A stretch of DNA of 64,000 nucleotides from Escherichia coli (GTDB lineage: Bacteria > Pseudomonadota > Gammaproteobacteria > Enterobacterales > Enterobacteriaceae), in NCBI RefSeq assembly GCF_002854065.1, contig NZ_CP024147.1, one strand, 5' to 3'. Shown here one piece after another: positions 1-10,815 of this stretch (positions are counted from its first letter, which is position 1; each line of letters starts with the position of its first letter). A model generated the notes under the pieces. The model saw only the letters and a program-made list of their open reading frames with translations. It did no database searches and was not told the origin of the DNA. The position numbers and the translations under genes are program-made.

Positions 1-1525
1 TTTCACGCCCAGAGAAAGCAGCGTCAGCAGAATGACAATCGCTTTCTGTTCAAACCAGGAGAGCACCAGCGACAGCGGCAGATCGTTCACACCACAGCCC
101 AGTTTTTCTGCCAGCGTTACCGCCAGAATAATCGCTGAGTAAGCATCGTTACATTGACCTGCATCTACCAGACGCGGCAGACCTTCGATATCGCCAAACT
201 CAAGTTTGTTAAAGCGATATTTACCACAGGCGAGGGTCAGGATCAGGCAGTCATCCGGCACGCTGGTGGCGAAATCGGTGAAGTAGTGGCGCTCGCCGCG
301 TGCGCCGTCACAGCCACCAAGCAGGAAGATATGACGCAGTTTTTCACGGCTCACCAGATCAATCAGCGTATCCGCTGCGCCAAGCAGCGTCTGGCGGCCA
401 AAGCCCACGGTGATCAGGTGCGGAATTTCGCTGTACGGGAAGCCTGCCATTTGTTGCGCCTGGGCAATGACCGCAGAGAAATCTTCGCCATCCAGATGAC
501 GCACACCCGGCCAGCCAACGATGCTGCGGGTCCAGATACGATCGTCATAAGCGCCTACGGTTGGGTCGATGATGCAGTTCGAGGTCATCACGATGGGGCC
601 AGGGAAACGAGCGAATTCCACTTGCTGATTCTGCCAGCCGCTGCCGTAGTTACCGACCAGATGCTTGAATTTACGCAGCTCCGGGTAGCCATGCGCAGGC
701 AGCATTTCGCCGTGGGTGTAGACATTAACGCCCGTGCCTTCGGTCTGTTCCAGCAGGTTGTAGAGATCTTTGAGATCGTGACCGGAAATCAGGATGCATT
801 TACCCGCCGTCGCTTTGACGTTGACCTGGGTTGGCGTCGGGTGACCGTATTTACTGGTTTCGCCTGCATCCAGAATGCTCATCACTTTGAAGTTCATCTG
901 GCCGATTTCCATTGAACACTCAAGAAGCGCGTTCATATCGGCAGGCCAGGTCCCCAGCCACGCCATGATTTTATGGTACTGGGCATAAATATCATTGTCG
1001 TATTGACCGAGAACGTGTGCGTGTTCCATATAGGCCGCCGCACCTTTCAGACCATACAGGCACAGCAGACGCAGGCCGAGAATGTTTTCGCCAATCGCCG
1101 CTTTATCTTTGTTAGGGGTAAATTCTGCTGCCTGACGTTGCAGTTCGCCGAGATCGTCGCTCACCAGTTGCAGGTCAGCCATCGGGTTATCGACGCGGGC
1201 GTTGGCATCTACAGTCAGGCATTGTGCTTTCAGCGCCTCGCGCAAGGCAATCGCTTCACGAGCGTAGCCGACAATACGCGGAGAATCGAAGTTAACGTTG
1301 GTCAGGGTTGAGAAAAAGGCACGTGGCGCGAAGCTGTCGACATCGTGGTTGATGATGCCGTATTCACGCGCTTTTACCGCCCAGGCAGAAAGCCCTTGCA
1401 GCGCCGCGATGAGTAAATCCTGAAGGTCAGAGGTTTCCGCCGTTTTACCACACATCCCCTGCGCGTATGAGCAGCCGTTTCCTGCCGGAGTACGGATAGT
1501 TTGTTCACATTGCACACAAAACATG
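1..1525 (-). CDS. hcp: hybrid-cluster protein (hydroxylamine reductase), 3' end truncated by window edge
   Basis: Minus-strand translation from the ATG at 1525 reads [27 protein letters not shown]..., matching Hcp as I recall it; the plus-strand ORFs 154..915 and 973..1311 are antisense artefacts. Confidence 0.9.
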
Positions 1526-1620
1526 ATCACACCTTTTAAAGTTATATTTAATATACATGTTTAAGGTTAAGACGCTTAACGCGGGGATAAAAGGGATTTT
1601 TCATGCAACTTTAAGGGAGA

Positions 1621-1634
1621 TTGATTTAGCGCAA
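1621..1634 (-). promoter_or_regulatory. putative FNR-type site upstream of hcp
   Basis: TTGATTTAGCGCAA, a partial match to the TTGAT-N4-ATCAA FNR consensus about 100 bp upstream of the hcp start; hcp is known to be anaerobically induced. Confidence 0.4.
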
Positions 1635-1667
1635 TTTTGGCGGCAGGGATCTACCGCCAGAGAGGTA

Positions 1668-2567
1668 TTACGCAGAGAAAAAGGCGATGAGGATCGGCAC
1701 TAACAGGCTAAGAATAAAACCGTGAACAATTGCCGCCGGGACCATATCCAGCCCGCCAGTACGTTGAAGAACGGGCAGGGTGAAATCCATCGACGTCGCA
1801 CCGCATAAGCCCAGTGCGGTAGAGCGGCTGCGGCGAATCAGCCCAGGGATCAACATAATTGCAATCAGCTCACGGGCCAGATCATTAAAAAACGCCGCGC
1901 TCCCGATTACCGGACCAAAAGATTCGGTCAATAAAATACCGGAAAGAGAATACCAGCCGAAACCAGAGGCCATTGCCAGCGCGGTATTGATGGGTAGATC
2001 AAGAATAAAGGCGTTAATTAAACCACCAATTAATGAACTGGCAACCACCACCACGGCGACAATCATTCCCCGGCGATTAAGGACAATCTGCTTTAAGGTC
2101 ATGCCATTATTGCGCAACTGAATACCGACGAGGAAAAGTAGCAGAATTAACGTGTATTCACTGGCTTCGGTCGCGTGTTGTAAGAAAGCCAGTCCACTCA
2201 GGCCAATGGCAAAACCAATCACTACTACGCCGCACAGTTTTAGCGACTCAAGCGCCATCGCAATACGCGACGGGAGTTTTTCTTGCTGATGGTGGTTGCG
2301 CCACGGCAGACCGCGCTCCAGCCATATAAGGGCGGCAATATTACACAGTAAAATAACGGTAATACTGACGGCAGAATAATGCAGAATCGCCAACAGGTTA
2401 CTGGCGAGGTTATCGAGAAACGCCAGACTGATACCCATAAAAAAGAGAATAAGGTAAACCATCCAGCTTAATAGCTGATTAATAACTTTTAACGCAGCTT
2501 GTTGGCGAAGCGGAATGAGGTAACCCACAATCAGGGGAACCAGAATGATTAACAGCCCAGAAAACAT
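1668..2567 (-). CDS. lysO: lysine exporter LysO (YbjE), inner-membrane protein
   Basis: 299-aa ORF, strongly hydrophobic, starting MFSGLLIILVPLIVGYLIPL; matches YbjE/LysO by recall and position. Confidence 0.85.
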   Translation of the reverse strand: MFSGLLIILVPLIVGYLIPLRQQAALKVINQLLSWMVYLILFFMGISLAFLDNLASNLLAILHYSAVSITVILLCNIAALIWLERGLPWRNHHQQEKLPSRIAMALESLKLCGVVVIGFAIGLSGLAFLQHATEASEYTLILLLFLVGIQLRNNGMTLKQIVLNRRGMIVAVVVVASSLIGGLINAFILDLPINTALAMASGFGWYSLSGILLTESFGPVIGSAAFFNDLARELIAIMLIPGLIRRSRSTALGLCGATSMDFTLPVLQRTGGLDMVPAAIVHGFILSLLVPILIAFFSA

Positions 2568-2761
2568 GAAAACCCAGCCCTTGCAAAGAAAGAAGTCGAA
2601 ATGCGCGATGACACACTACTGAAAGCGGAAGGACGAGTAAAGTTGCAATTAAAAGGAAATGTTATGCATCAGAGGGGGATTTTTAATTCTATATGAGTGT
2701 TTAGCATTGTTGCGCTCCTTTCATGTGCAATGCCATATAAAGCCACTGGCGCAGGGAGCGC

Positions 2762-2919
2762 GCAGGGGGCGGCCAGTCGCCGCCGCCCCCTGCACCCCCG
2801 GGCTCTGGCGAACAAAATCGCCGCTGCGCGGTACCTTCAGCTTATCCCCTTCGGCTACCGGGTCGGGCGCGAGGTAACGTCCTGTAAGACGCGCCCTCAG
2901 CCCACATCCATGTGGGCTG
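2762..2919. repeat. GC-rich palindromic intergenic element (two perfect inverted repeats)
   Basis: GCAGGGGGCGGC-N8-GCCGCCCCCTGC at 2762..2793 and CAGCCCACAT-CC-ATGTGGGCTG at 2898..2919, in a stretch far more GC-rich than the flanking DNA; possibly a dispersed REP/boxC-like repeat. Confidence 0.3.
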
Positions 2920-3359
2920 CCCCGGCCTTCAGGGAACGCCTCGGCGATTTTGACGCCACCAACATCCGTGCGGTTTGTAACGTCGAAGATAAAACAACCA
3001 GGGCAGATAAAATGCCAATGCTAATTAATTACGTTTTTCCAGCAGGGTCCGGTAAATCAGACCACCGATAATGCCGCCGACAATTGGCACCACCCAGAAG
3101 AACCACAGTTGTTCTAATGCCCAGCCGCCCTGGAAGATGGCAACCGCGGTGCTGCGCGCCGGGTTAACAGAAGTGTTAGTCACCGGAATACTGATTAAGT
3201 GAATCAGGGTTAAGGCCAGACCAATAGCGATCGGCGCAAAACCTGCCGGAGCGAATTTGTCGGTTGCGCCGTGGATCACCAACAGGAAACCTGCACTCAA
3301 TACCAGTTCAACTACCAGCGCGGAAAGCATGGAATAACCGCCTGGTGAATGCTCGCCAT

Positions 3360-3368
3360 AACCGTTAG
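3360..3368. repeat. IS1 target-site duplication (left copy, AACCGTTAG)
   Basis: A 9-bp direct repeat AACCGTTAG immediately flanks both IS1 ends (3360..3368 and 4137..4145). Confidence 0.85.
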
Positions 3369-3423
3369 GGTGATGCTGCCAACTTACTGATTTAGTGTAT
3401 GATGGTGTTTTTGAGGTGCTCCA

Positions 3424-3699
3424 GTGGCTTCTGTTTCTATCAGCTGTCCCTCCTGTTCAGCTACTGACGGGGTGGTGCGTAACGGCAAAAGCACTGCCGG
3501 ACATCAGCGCTATCTCTGCTCTCACTGCCGTAAAACATGGCAACTGCAGTTCACTTACACCGCTTCTCAACCCGGTACGCACCAGAAAATCATTGATATG
3601 GCCATGAATGGCGTTGGATGCCGGGCAACCGCCCGCATTATGGGCGTTGGCCTCAACACGATTTTCCGCCATTTAAAAAACTCAGGCCGCAGTCGGTAA
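3424..3699 (+). CDS. insA: IS1 InsA (transposition inhibitor / N-terminal part of InsAB')
   Basis: 91-aa [46 protein letters not shown]... matches canonical IS1 InsA. Confidence 0.95.
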   Translation: MASVSISCPSCSATDGVVRNGKSTAGHQRYLCSHCRKTWQLQFTYTASQPGTHQKIIDMAMNGVGCRATARIMGVGLNTIFRHLKNSGRSR

Positions 3700-4121
3700 C
3701 CTCGCGCATACAGCCGGGCAGTGACGTCATCGTCTGCGCGGAAATGGACGAACAGTGGGGATACGTCGGGGCTAAATCGAGCCAGCGCTGGCTGTTTTAC
3801 GCGTATGACAGGCTCCGGAAGACGGTTGTTGCGCACGTATTCGGTGAACGCACTATGGCGACGCTGGGGCGTCTTATGAGCCTGCTGTCACCCTTTGACG
3901 TGGTGATATGGATGACGGATGGCTGGCCGCTGTATGAATCCCGCCTGAAGGGAAAGCTGCACGTAATCAGCAAGCGATATACGCAGCGAATTGAGCGGCA
4001 TAACCTGAATCTGAGGCAGCACCTGGCACGGCTGGGACGGAAGTCGCTGTCGTTCTCAAAATCGGTGGAGCTGCATGACAAAGTCATCGGGCATTATCTG
4101 AACATAAAACACTATCAATAA
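3618..4121 (+). CDS. insB: IS1 InsB reading frame (expressed as InsAB' transposase by -1 frameshift)
   Basis: 167-aa frame ...[64 protein letters not shown]... matches IS1 InsB; it overlaps the insA 3' end in the -1 frame. Confidence 0.9.
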   Translation: MPGNRPHYGRWPQHDFPPFKKLRPQSVTSRIQPGSDVIVCAEMDEQWGYVGAKSSQRWLFYAYDRLRKTVVAHVFGERTMATLGRLMSLLSPFDVVIWMTDGWPLYESRLKGKLHVISKRYTQRIERHNLNLRQHLARLGRKSLSFSKSVELHDKVIGHYLNIKHYQ

Positions 4122-4136
4122 GTTGGAGTCATTACC

Positions 4137-4145
4137 AACCGTTAG
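4137..4145. repeat. IS1 target-site duplication (right copy, AACCGTTAG)
   Basis: Identical 9 bp to 3360..3368. Confidence 0.85.
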
Positions 4146-4922
4146 AAGCAAAACCGCTGGCTGCCGCGTCAAAACCCGTTTTACCACTGGCAATTAAATA
4201 CAGCAGCGCCGCTGCAACAATACCGCCGACAACCTGGGCAATTACGTAGCCAACGACTTCTTTTGCCGGAAAACGTCCGCCAGCCCATAAACCAATAGTG
4301 ACCGCCGGGTTAAAATGACCACCAGAAATATGACCAACAGCGAAGGCCATCGTCAGAACGGTCAAACCGAATGCCAGCGCCACGCCGGCAAAACCAATGC
4401 CTAATTCCGGGAAGCCTGCGGCCAGTACAGCACTACCACAGCCACCAAAAACAAGCCAGAAAGTACCAAAACATTCAGCTGCTAATTTTCTGAACATATC
4501 CACCTCAATTAAAAATTGACCCTGTGAAAAATATGGTCGTTTTATAGGGTCGTCGTAAAAAAGTGACGACGGAAATAATGCGCGGCTATTTTAAAAACGA
4601 AGGCGAGTCATTCACCAGATAAATAAATCCAGTAAATTTGATTTAGGGCAACAGCGGGTTGCCCCATATAGTCATTTGTCTGATTGACAGTGTAGTGCAA
4701 GCAAAAGATTTAATCCTTTAGGCGTAATAAAAAATAATTTATCATGCTAATTATTTGATTTTGTTGTTTTTGCAGACTTATCAGCAAGAGGGAGTATAAC
4801 GCGATTATTCGCTCATTTTTCAGACATTTGCCATGCTTAAATGTGATGTCATCACGTATTAGCAAGGCCTTTCCCGTTATACTGCCAGCGTAAAGGATAA
4901 GTCACATATTTCTGGAGGGGAT

Positions 4923-6581
4923 ATGATTCTTGAGCGCGTTGAAATTGTGGGTTTTCGCGGTATCAACCGTTTGTCGTTGATGCTGGAACAAAACAACGTC
5001 CTGATTGGGGAGAACGCGTGGGGTAAATCCAGCTTGCTGGACGCCTTAACCCTGCTGCTATCGCCAGAATCAGATCTCTACCATTTTGAGCGCGACGATT
5101 TCTGGTTCCCGCCGGGAGATATCAACGGGCGAGAACATCATCTGCATATTATTTTGACCTTCCGCGAATCGCTGCCAGGCCGACATCGGGTACGCCGTTA
5201 TCGGCCGCTGGAAGCGTGCTGGACGCCATGCACCGATGGCTATCACCGTATTTTTTATCGTCTGGAAGGGGAGAGTGCGGAAGACGGCAGCGTGATGACA
5301 CTGCGCAGTTTTCTCGATAAAGACGGACATCCGATTGATGTTGAGGATATTAACGATCAGGCACGCCATCTGGTGCGTTTAATGCCGGTGCTGCGCTTGC
5401 GTGATGCCCGTTTTATGCGCCGTATTCGTAACGGCACGGTGCCAAATGTCCCCAATGTGGAAGTCACCGCGCGCCAGCTCGATTTCCTCGCCCGTGAGTT
5501 GTCCTCACATCCGCAAAATCTCTCTGATGGACAGATTCGTCAGGGACTTTCCGCAATGGTACAGCTGCTTGAGCATTATTTCTCTGAGCAGGGGGCCGGA
5601 CAGGCGCGATATCGTTTAATGCGGCGGCGAGCCAGCAATGAGCAACGAAGCTGGCGCTATCTGGATATCATCAACCGGATGATTGACCGACCTGGAGGGC
5701 GCTCGTATCGGGTTATTTTGCTCGGCCTGTTTGCTACTTTATTGCAGGCAAAAGGCACATTGCGACTGGATAAAGACGCCCGTCCATTGTTGCTGATCGA
5801 AGATCCAGAAACCCGTTTACACCCCATTATGCTTTCAGTTGCCTGGCATCTGTTGAATCTTTTGCCTTTACAACGTATTGCTACCACCAACTCTGGCGAG
5901 CTGCTTTCGTTAACTCCAGTGGAACATGTTTGCCGCCTGGTGCGTGAATCTTCTCGTGTTGCCGCCTGGCGTCTGGGGCCAAGTGGCTTGAGCACCGAAG
6001 ACAGCCGCCGCATCTCTTTTCACATTCGTTTTAATCGTCCGTCATCGCTGTTTGCTCGCTGCTGGTTGCTGGTGGAAGGGGAAACGGAAACCTGGGTTAT
6101 CAATGAACTGGCGCGTCAGTGCGGACATCATTTTGATGCCGAAGGGATCAAGGTCATTGAGTTTGCCCAGTCCGGGCTAAAGCCACTGGTTAAATTTGCC
6201 CGGCGAATGGGGATTGAATGGCATGTACTGGTCGATGGCGATGAAGCAGGGAAGAAATATGCCGCTACGGTACGCAGCCTGTTGAATAATGATCGGGAAG
6301 CCGAACGAGAACATTTAACGGCGTTACCGGCGCTGGATATGGAACATTTTATGTATCGCCAGGGATTTTCCGATGTGTTCCACCGCGTGGCGCAAATCCC
6401 GGAAAATGTACCGATGAATCTGCGCAAAATTATCTCGAAAGCGATCCATCGCTCTTCCAAACCCGATCTTGCCATTGAAGTGGCAATGGAGGCCGGACGT
6501 CGTGGTGTGGACTCCGTACCGACGCTGCTGAAAAAAATGTTCTCACGCGTGCTGTGGCTGGCGCGCGGTCGCGCGGATTAA
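4923..6581 (+). CDS. ybjD: OLD-family ATP-dependent endonuclease homolog (ABC-type ATPase N-domain plus TOPRIM C-domain)
   Basis: 552-aa ORF; Walker A GENAWGKSS, Walker B-like LLLIEDPE, C-terminal TOPRIM motifs LLVEGETE and HVLVDGDEAG; matches YbjD by recall. Confidence 0.85.
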   Translation: MILERVEIVGFRGINRLSLMLEQNNVLIGENAWGKSSLLDALTLLLSPESDLYHFERDDFWFPPGDINGREHHLHIILTFRESLPGRHRVRRYRPLEACWTPCTDGYHRIFYRLEGESAEDGSVMTLRSFLDKDGHPIDVEDINDQARHLVRLMPVLRLRDARFMRRIRNGTVPNVPNVEVTARQLDFLARELSSHPQNLSDGQIRQGLSAMVQLLEHYFSEQGAGQARYRLMRRRASNEQRSWRYLDIINRMIDRPGGRSYRVILLGLFATLLQAKGTLRLDKDARPLLLIEDPETRLHPIMLSVAWHLLNLLPLQRIATTNSGELLSLTPVEHVCRLVRESSRVAAWRLGPSGLSTEDSRRISFHIRFNRPSSLFARCWLLVEGETETWVINELARQCGHHFDAEGIKVIEFAQSGLKPLVKFARRMGIEWHVLVDGDEAGKKYAATVRSLLNNDREAEREHLTALPALDMEHFMYRQGFSDVFHRVAQIPENVPMNLRKIISKAIHRSSKPDLAIEVAMEAGRRGVDSVPTLLKKMFSRVLWLARGRAD

Positions 6582-7570
6582 CCGCGAAACATCGTGGCCA
6601 TTTGTGGCTGAATAGCGTCGAGCATCTCATAGCGCCGACGGTATTCAGCCCGTTTTTTACTGGCGATTTCGGCAATCTCTTTTCGTGCTATCTGTGCTGG
6701 AAGGCGGTAATGGCGTTCAGCATCACATACGCCGCCAACCGATTCCCAGAAAGCGTTGTAATCGGCATGGATCTTGCCTTCTTTATCGCGATAACGCAGG
6801 CTGCGGTAAATATGCGTTTCATTGCTGACGGCAATAATCTGCTCTACCTGCAAACGTTGGGCAAACAGACAGGCCGCTTCCATCACGAGGCGTTTGGGAA
6901 ATAGCCCGTGGCAGGCTTTCGTCGCATTCTGGATTTCCTGATGTGGAATTTCCCATTTTGCGCCTTGCAGTCCACCAATAAACATCGTTCTTTTCCCCTG
7001 ATATTCACACAGGGTAAACGTGATTTCTGCCAGAGGAATACCTTCGCTGTTGCGGAACAGGATTGTGCTGTCACCTTCTTTATCCATTGAGATCATCATG
7101 GTCAGCTCAAGCGTGAACTGCTCGCCGTTTTTGCCTTCCAACTTCGCCAGTTGCAGCCCGGGGGTATTCAAATATAAGCTGAATTCTTCCGCCGACATAC
7201 ACCCGCGGAGTAACGCATAATGGTAACGTAACGCCTCCAGCAATTGCTTACGGCTAAGATTCGCCGCAAGGTAAGGGCGATGCAGACGTACAGGCAGTCG
7301 CGGCTGGCGCGTTAACAATACATTGAGATTAGGCCAGTGGGAAAGTTCGTTCATCCACTCAACGCTTAAACGCGGCATAATCAACGAGCGCAGCAAAAAT
7401 TTCTGGCGAAAACTACGGCGATGCCAGAATTTACCCGGCCGACACTGTCCACGTGCCAGACTAAGAAAAAGTGACAGGCTGCTGAGAGATTCAGATGGCG
7501 TAAAGGTCCGTTCAGTTAGCTGCGACATATTCATGAAATCAATGGTTATACATGACGTCGATTTCACCAT
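6578..7570 (-). CDS. ybjX: VirK/DUF535-family protein YbjX
   Basis: 330-aa minus-strand ORF, convergent with ybjD and overlapping its stop by 4 bp; the sequence matches YbjX by recall. Confidence 0.8.
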   Translation of the reverse strand: MVKSTSCITIDFMNMSQLTERTFTPSESLSSLSLFLSLARGQCRPGKFWHRRSFRQKFLLRSLIMPRLSVEWMNELSHWPNLNVLLTRQPRLPVRLHRPYLAANLSRKQLLEALRYHYALLRGCMSAEEFSLYLNTPGLQLAKLEGKNGEQFTLELTMMISMDKEGDSTILFRNSEGIPLAEITFTLCEYQGKRTMFIGGLQGAKWEIPHQEIQNATKACHGLFPKRLVMEAACLFAQRLQVEQIIAVSNETHIYRSLRYRDKEGKIHADYNAFWESVGGVCDAERHYRLPAQIARKEIAEIASKKRAEYRRRYEMLDAIQPQMATMFRG

Positions 7571-7684
7571 TGCGTATCTTAACCAAACATCAATAGTGTG
7601 ATTACTAACGTAAATTTTAGGGTTTTGTTGATATTTCGTTGAAGTTAATGACCCGGATTGGCATATGGAGTATTCAGAATATTT

Positions 7685-8800
7685 ATGAAAAAGCGGAAAA
7701 CCGTGAAGAAGCGTTACGTTATTGCGCTGGTGATAGTCATCGCCGGACTGATTACGTTATGGAGAATTCTTAACGCACCCGTGCCGACTTATCAGACACT
7801 GATTGTGCGCCCCGGTGATTTACAGCAAAGCGTGCTGGCGACCGGAAAGCTGGACGCGCTGCGTAAGGTTGATGTGGGCGCGCAGGTCAGCGGTCAGTTG
7901 AAAACACTGTCGGTGGCGATTGGCGATAAAGTAAAAAAAGACCAGCTTTTAGGGGTCATTGATCCTGAACAGGCTGAAAACCAGATCAAGGAGGTCGAAG
8001 CAACGCTGATGGAGCTACGCGCGCAGCGGCAGCAGGCGGAAGCGGAGCTGAAACTGGCGCGGGTGACGTATTCCCGTCAGCAACGTCTGGCACAAACGCA
8101 GGCGGTTTCACAGCAGGATCTCGACACCGCCGCGACGGAGATGGCTGTGAAACAGGCGCAAATTGGCACCATTGACGCGCAAATCAAGCGCAATCAGGCT
8201 TCTCTCGATACGGCTAAAACCAATCTCGATTACACTCGCATCGTTGCCCCGATGGCCGGGGAAGTCACGCAAATCACCACTCTGCAAGGCCAGACGGTGA
8301 TTGCCGCACAACAAGCACCGAACATTCTGACGCTGGCAGATATGAGCACCATGCTGGTAAAAGCGCAGGTTTCTGAAGCGGATGTAATCCACCTGAAGCC
8401 GGGGCAAAAAGCCTGGTTTACGGTACTTGGCGATCCACTGACGCGCTACGAGGGGCAAATCAAGGATGTACTACCGACGCCGGAAAAGGTTAACGACGCT
8501 ATTTTCTATTACGCCCGTTTTGAAGTCCCCAACCCCAATGGTTTGCTGCGGCTGGATATGACTGCGCAAGTGCATATTCAGCTCACCGATGTGAAAAATG
8601 TGCTGACGATCCCTCTGTCGGCGTTAGGCGATCCGGTTGGCGATAATCGTTATAAAGTCAAATTGTTGCGTAATGGTGAAACACGCGAGCGTGAAGTGAC
8701 GATTGGCGCACGTAACGATACCGATGTTGAGATTGTCAAAGGGCTGGAAGCGGGCGATGAAGTGGTGATTGGTGAGGCCAAACCAGGAGCTGCACAATGA
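7685..8800 (+). CDS. macA: macrolide export membrane-fusion protein MacA
   Basis: Start chosen at [16 protein letters not shown] (371 aa), with a membrane anchor and coiled-coil/HlyD-like sequence; its stop overlaps the macB start. Confidence 0.9.
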   Translation: MKKRKTVKKRYVIALVIVIAGLITLWRILNAPVPTYQTLIVRPGDLQQSVLATGKLDALRKVDVGAQVSGQLKTLSVAIGDKVKKDQLLGVIDPEQAENQIKEVEATLMELRAQRQQAEAELKLARVTYSRQQRLAQTQAVSQQDLDTAATEMAVKQAQIGTIDAQIKRNQASLDTAKTNLDYTRIVAPMAGEVTQITTLQGQTVIAAQQAPNILTLADMSTMLVKAQVSEADVIHLKPGQKAWFTVLGDPLTRYEGQIKDVLPTPEKVNDAIFYYARFEVPNPNGLLRLDMTAQVHIQLTDVKNVLTIPLSALGDPVGDNRYKVKLLRNGETREREVTIGARNDTDVEIVKGLEAGDEVVIGEAKPGAAQ

Positions 8801-10743
8801 CACCCTTGCTCGAATTAAAGGATATTCGTCGCAGCTATCCTGCCGGTGATGAGCAGGTTGAGGTGCTGAAGGGCATCACCCTCGATATTTATGCCGGTGA
8901 GATGGTAGCGATTGTTGGCGCTTCGGGTTCCGGTAAATCAACCCTGATGAATATTCTCGGCTGTCTGGATAAGGCCACCAGCGGCACCTATCGCGTCGCC
9001 GGTCAGGATGTTGCCACACTGGACGCCGATGCGCTGGCGCAACTACGCCGCGAGCATTTCGGCTTTATTTTCCAGCGTTACCATTTGCTTTCGCATTTAA
9101 CCGCCGAGCAGAACGTTGAAGTACCCGCCGTCTATGCTGGTCTTGAGCGGAAACAGCGGCTGCTTCGCGCCCAGGAGTTGCTGCAACGACTGGGGCTGGA
9201 AGACCGTACAGAGTATTATCCGGCACAGCTTTCGGGTGGTCAGCAACAGCGCGTTAGCATCGCGCGGGCATTGATGAACGGCGGTCAGGTAATTCTTGCC
9301 GATGAACCAACCGGCGCACTGGACAGCCATTCTGGCGAAGAGGTGATGGCGATCCTGCATCAGCTGCGCGATCGCGGACATACGGTGATTATCGTCACCC
9401 ACGATCCGCAGGTCGCTGCTCAGGCCGAGCGGGTGATCGAAATTCGCGACGGCGAAATTGTGCGCAATCCTCCCGCCATTGAAAAAGTGAATGTTGCTGG
9501 CGGGACGGAACCTGTTGTCAACACGGTGTCTGGCTGGCGGCAGTTTGTCAGCGGTTTTAACGAGGCGCTGACGATGGCATGGCGGGCGCTGGCAGCGAAT
9601 AAAATGCGTACTTTACTGACCATGCTGGGGATTATAATCGGTATTGCGTCGGTGGTTTCCATTGTCGTGGTGGGCGACGCCGCCAAACAAATGGTGTTGG
9701 CGGATATTCGTTCTATTGGTACGAATACTATTGACGTCTACCCCGGGAAAGATTTTGGCGATGGCGATCCGCAATATCAGCAGGCGCTGAAGTACGACGA
9801 CTTAATCGCCATCCAAAAACAACCGTGGGTCGCCTCAGCCACACCTGCCGTCTCGCAAAACCTGCGCCTGCGTTATAACAATATTGATGTTGCTGCCAGT
9901 GCCAATGGCGTGAGCGGCGATTATTTTAATGTCTATGGCATGACCTTCAGTGAAGGAAACACCTTTAATCAGGAACAGCTGAACGGTCGTGCGCAGGTCG
10001 TGGTTCTCGACAGTAATACTCGCCGCCAGCTTTTCCCCCATAAAGCAGATGTGGTTGGCGAGGTGATTCTGGTCGGCAATATGCCCGCCAGAGTCATTGG
10101 TGTGGCGGAAGAAAAACAGTCGATGTTTGGTAGCAGTAAAGTGCTGCGTGTCTGGCTACCTTACAGCACGATGTCCGGGCGAGTTATGGGCCAGTCGTGG
10201 CTGAACTCCATTACTGTCAGGGTGAAAGAAGGATTTGACAGCGCCGAGGCGGAACAGCAACTCACGCGTTTACTTTCACTGCGCCACGGTAAGAAGGATT
10301 TCTTTACCTGGAACATGGACGGCGTCTTGAAAACCGTTGAAAAGACCACACGTACTTTACAACTGTTTCTGACGCTGGTGGCGGTGATTTCGCTGGTAGT
10401 GGGCGGTATTGGTGTAATGAATATTATGCTGGTGTCAGTGACCGAGCGGACGCGGGAAATTGGCATTCGCATGGCTGTAGGTGCGCGAGCAAGCGATGTT
10501 TTGCAACAGTTCCTGATCGAAGCCGTACTGGTTTGCCTGGTTGGTGGCGCGTTGGGAATAACACTGTCACTGTTAATTGCTTTCACCTTGCAGCTTTTCT
10601 TACCCGGCTGGGAGATTGGTTTTTCACCGTTGGCACTGCTGCTGGCGTTTCTCTGCTCGACGGCCACCGGGATTTTATTTGGCTGGTTACCCGCACGAAA
10701 TGCGGCACGACTGGATCCAGTAGATGCTCTGGCACGAGAGTAA
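8797..10743 (+). CDS. macB: macrolide export ABC transporter ATPase/permease MacB
   Basis: 648 aa; N-terminal ABC ATPase ([35 protein letters not shown]) followed by an FtsX-like permease domain. Confidence 0.92.
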   Translation: MTPLLELKDIRRSYPAGDEQVEVLKGITLDIYAGEMVAIVGASGSGKSTLMNILGCLDKATSGTYRVAGQDVATLDADALAQLRREHFGFIFQRYHLLSHLTAEQNVEVPAVYAGLERKQRLLRAQELLQRLGLEDRTEYYPAQLSGGQQQRVSIARALMNGGQVILADEPTGALDSHSGEEVMAILHQLRDRGHTVIIVTHDPQVAAQAERVIEIRDGEIVRNPPAIEKVNVAGGTEPVVNTVSGWRQFVSGFNEALTMAWRALAANKMRTLLTMLGIIIGIASVVSIVVVGDAAKQMVLADIRSIGTNTIDVYPGKDFGDGDPQYQQALKYDDLIAIQKQPWVASATPAVSQNLRLRYNNIDVAASANGVSGDYFNVYGMTFSEGNTFNQEQLNGRAQVVVLDSNTRRQLFPHKADVVGEVILVGNMPARVIGVAEEKQSMFGSSKVLRVWLPYSTMSGRVMGQSWLNSITVRVKEGFDSAEAEQQLTRLLSLRHGKKDFFTWNMDGVLKTVEKTTRTLQLFLTLVAVISLVVGGIGVMNIMLVSVTERTREIGIRMAVGARASDVLQQFLIEAVLVCLVGGALGITLSLLIAFTLQLFLPGWEIGFSPLALLLAFLCSTATGILFGWLPARNAARLDPVDALARE

Positions 10744-10754
10744 TTTTTGAGATA

Positions 10755-10785
10755 AAAATGCCAGCCGATCGGGCTGGCATTTTGC
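10755..10785. terminator. bidirectional rho-independent terminator between macB and cspD
   Basis: ATGCCAGCC-GATCG-GGCTGGCAT hairpin flanked by A-run and T-run on both sides. Confidence 0.6.
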
Positions 10786-10815
10786 CTTTAGGATGTACAC
10801 AATGAGACAGAAGAG

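Larger units (their letters stand above)
3369..4136 (+). mobile_element. IS1 insertion sequence (768 bp, complete)
   Basis: Starts GGTGATGCTGCCAACTTACTGATTTAGTGTATGATGGTG and ends with the inverted copy ...AAGTTGGAGTCATTACC; contains insA and the insB frame; length is exactly 768 bp. Confidence 0.95.
3025..4497 (-). pseudogene. aqpZ: aquaporin Z gene interrupted by IS1
   Basis: N-terminal fragment ([28 protein letters not shown]...HFNPAVTIG...GFASNG) at 4137..4497 and C-terminal fragment (...[48 protein letters not shown]) at 3025..3368 lie on the minus strand, separated by a 768-bp IS1; after subtracting the 9-bp duplication the fragments sum to 696 nt, consistent with a 231-aa AqpZ. Confidence 0.9.

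Noticed and set aside
154-1311. Plus-strand ORFs of 253 aa and 112 aa at the window start
   Set aside because: They are antisense to hcp, which occupies 1..1525 on the minus strand.
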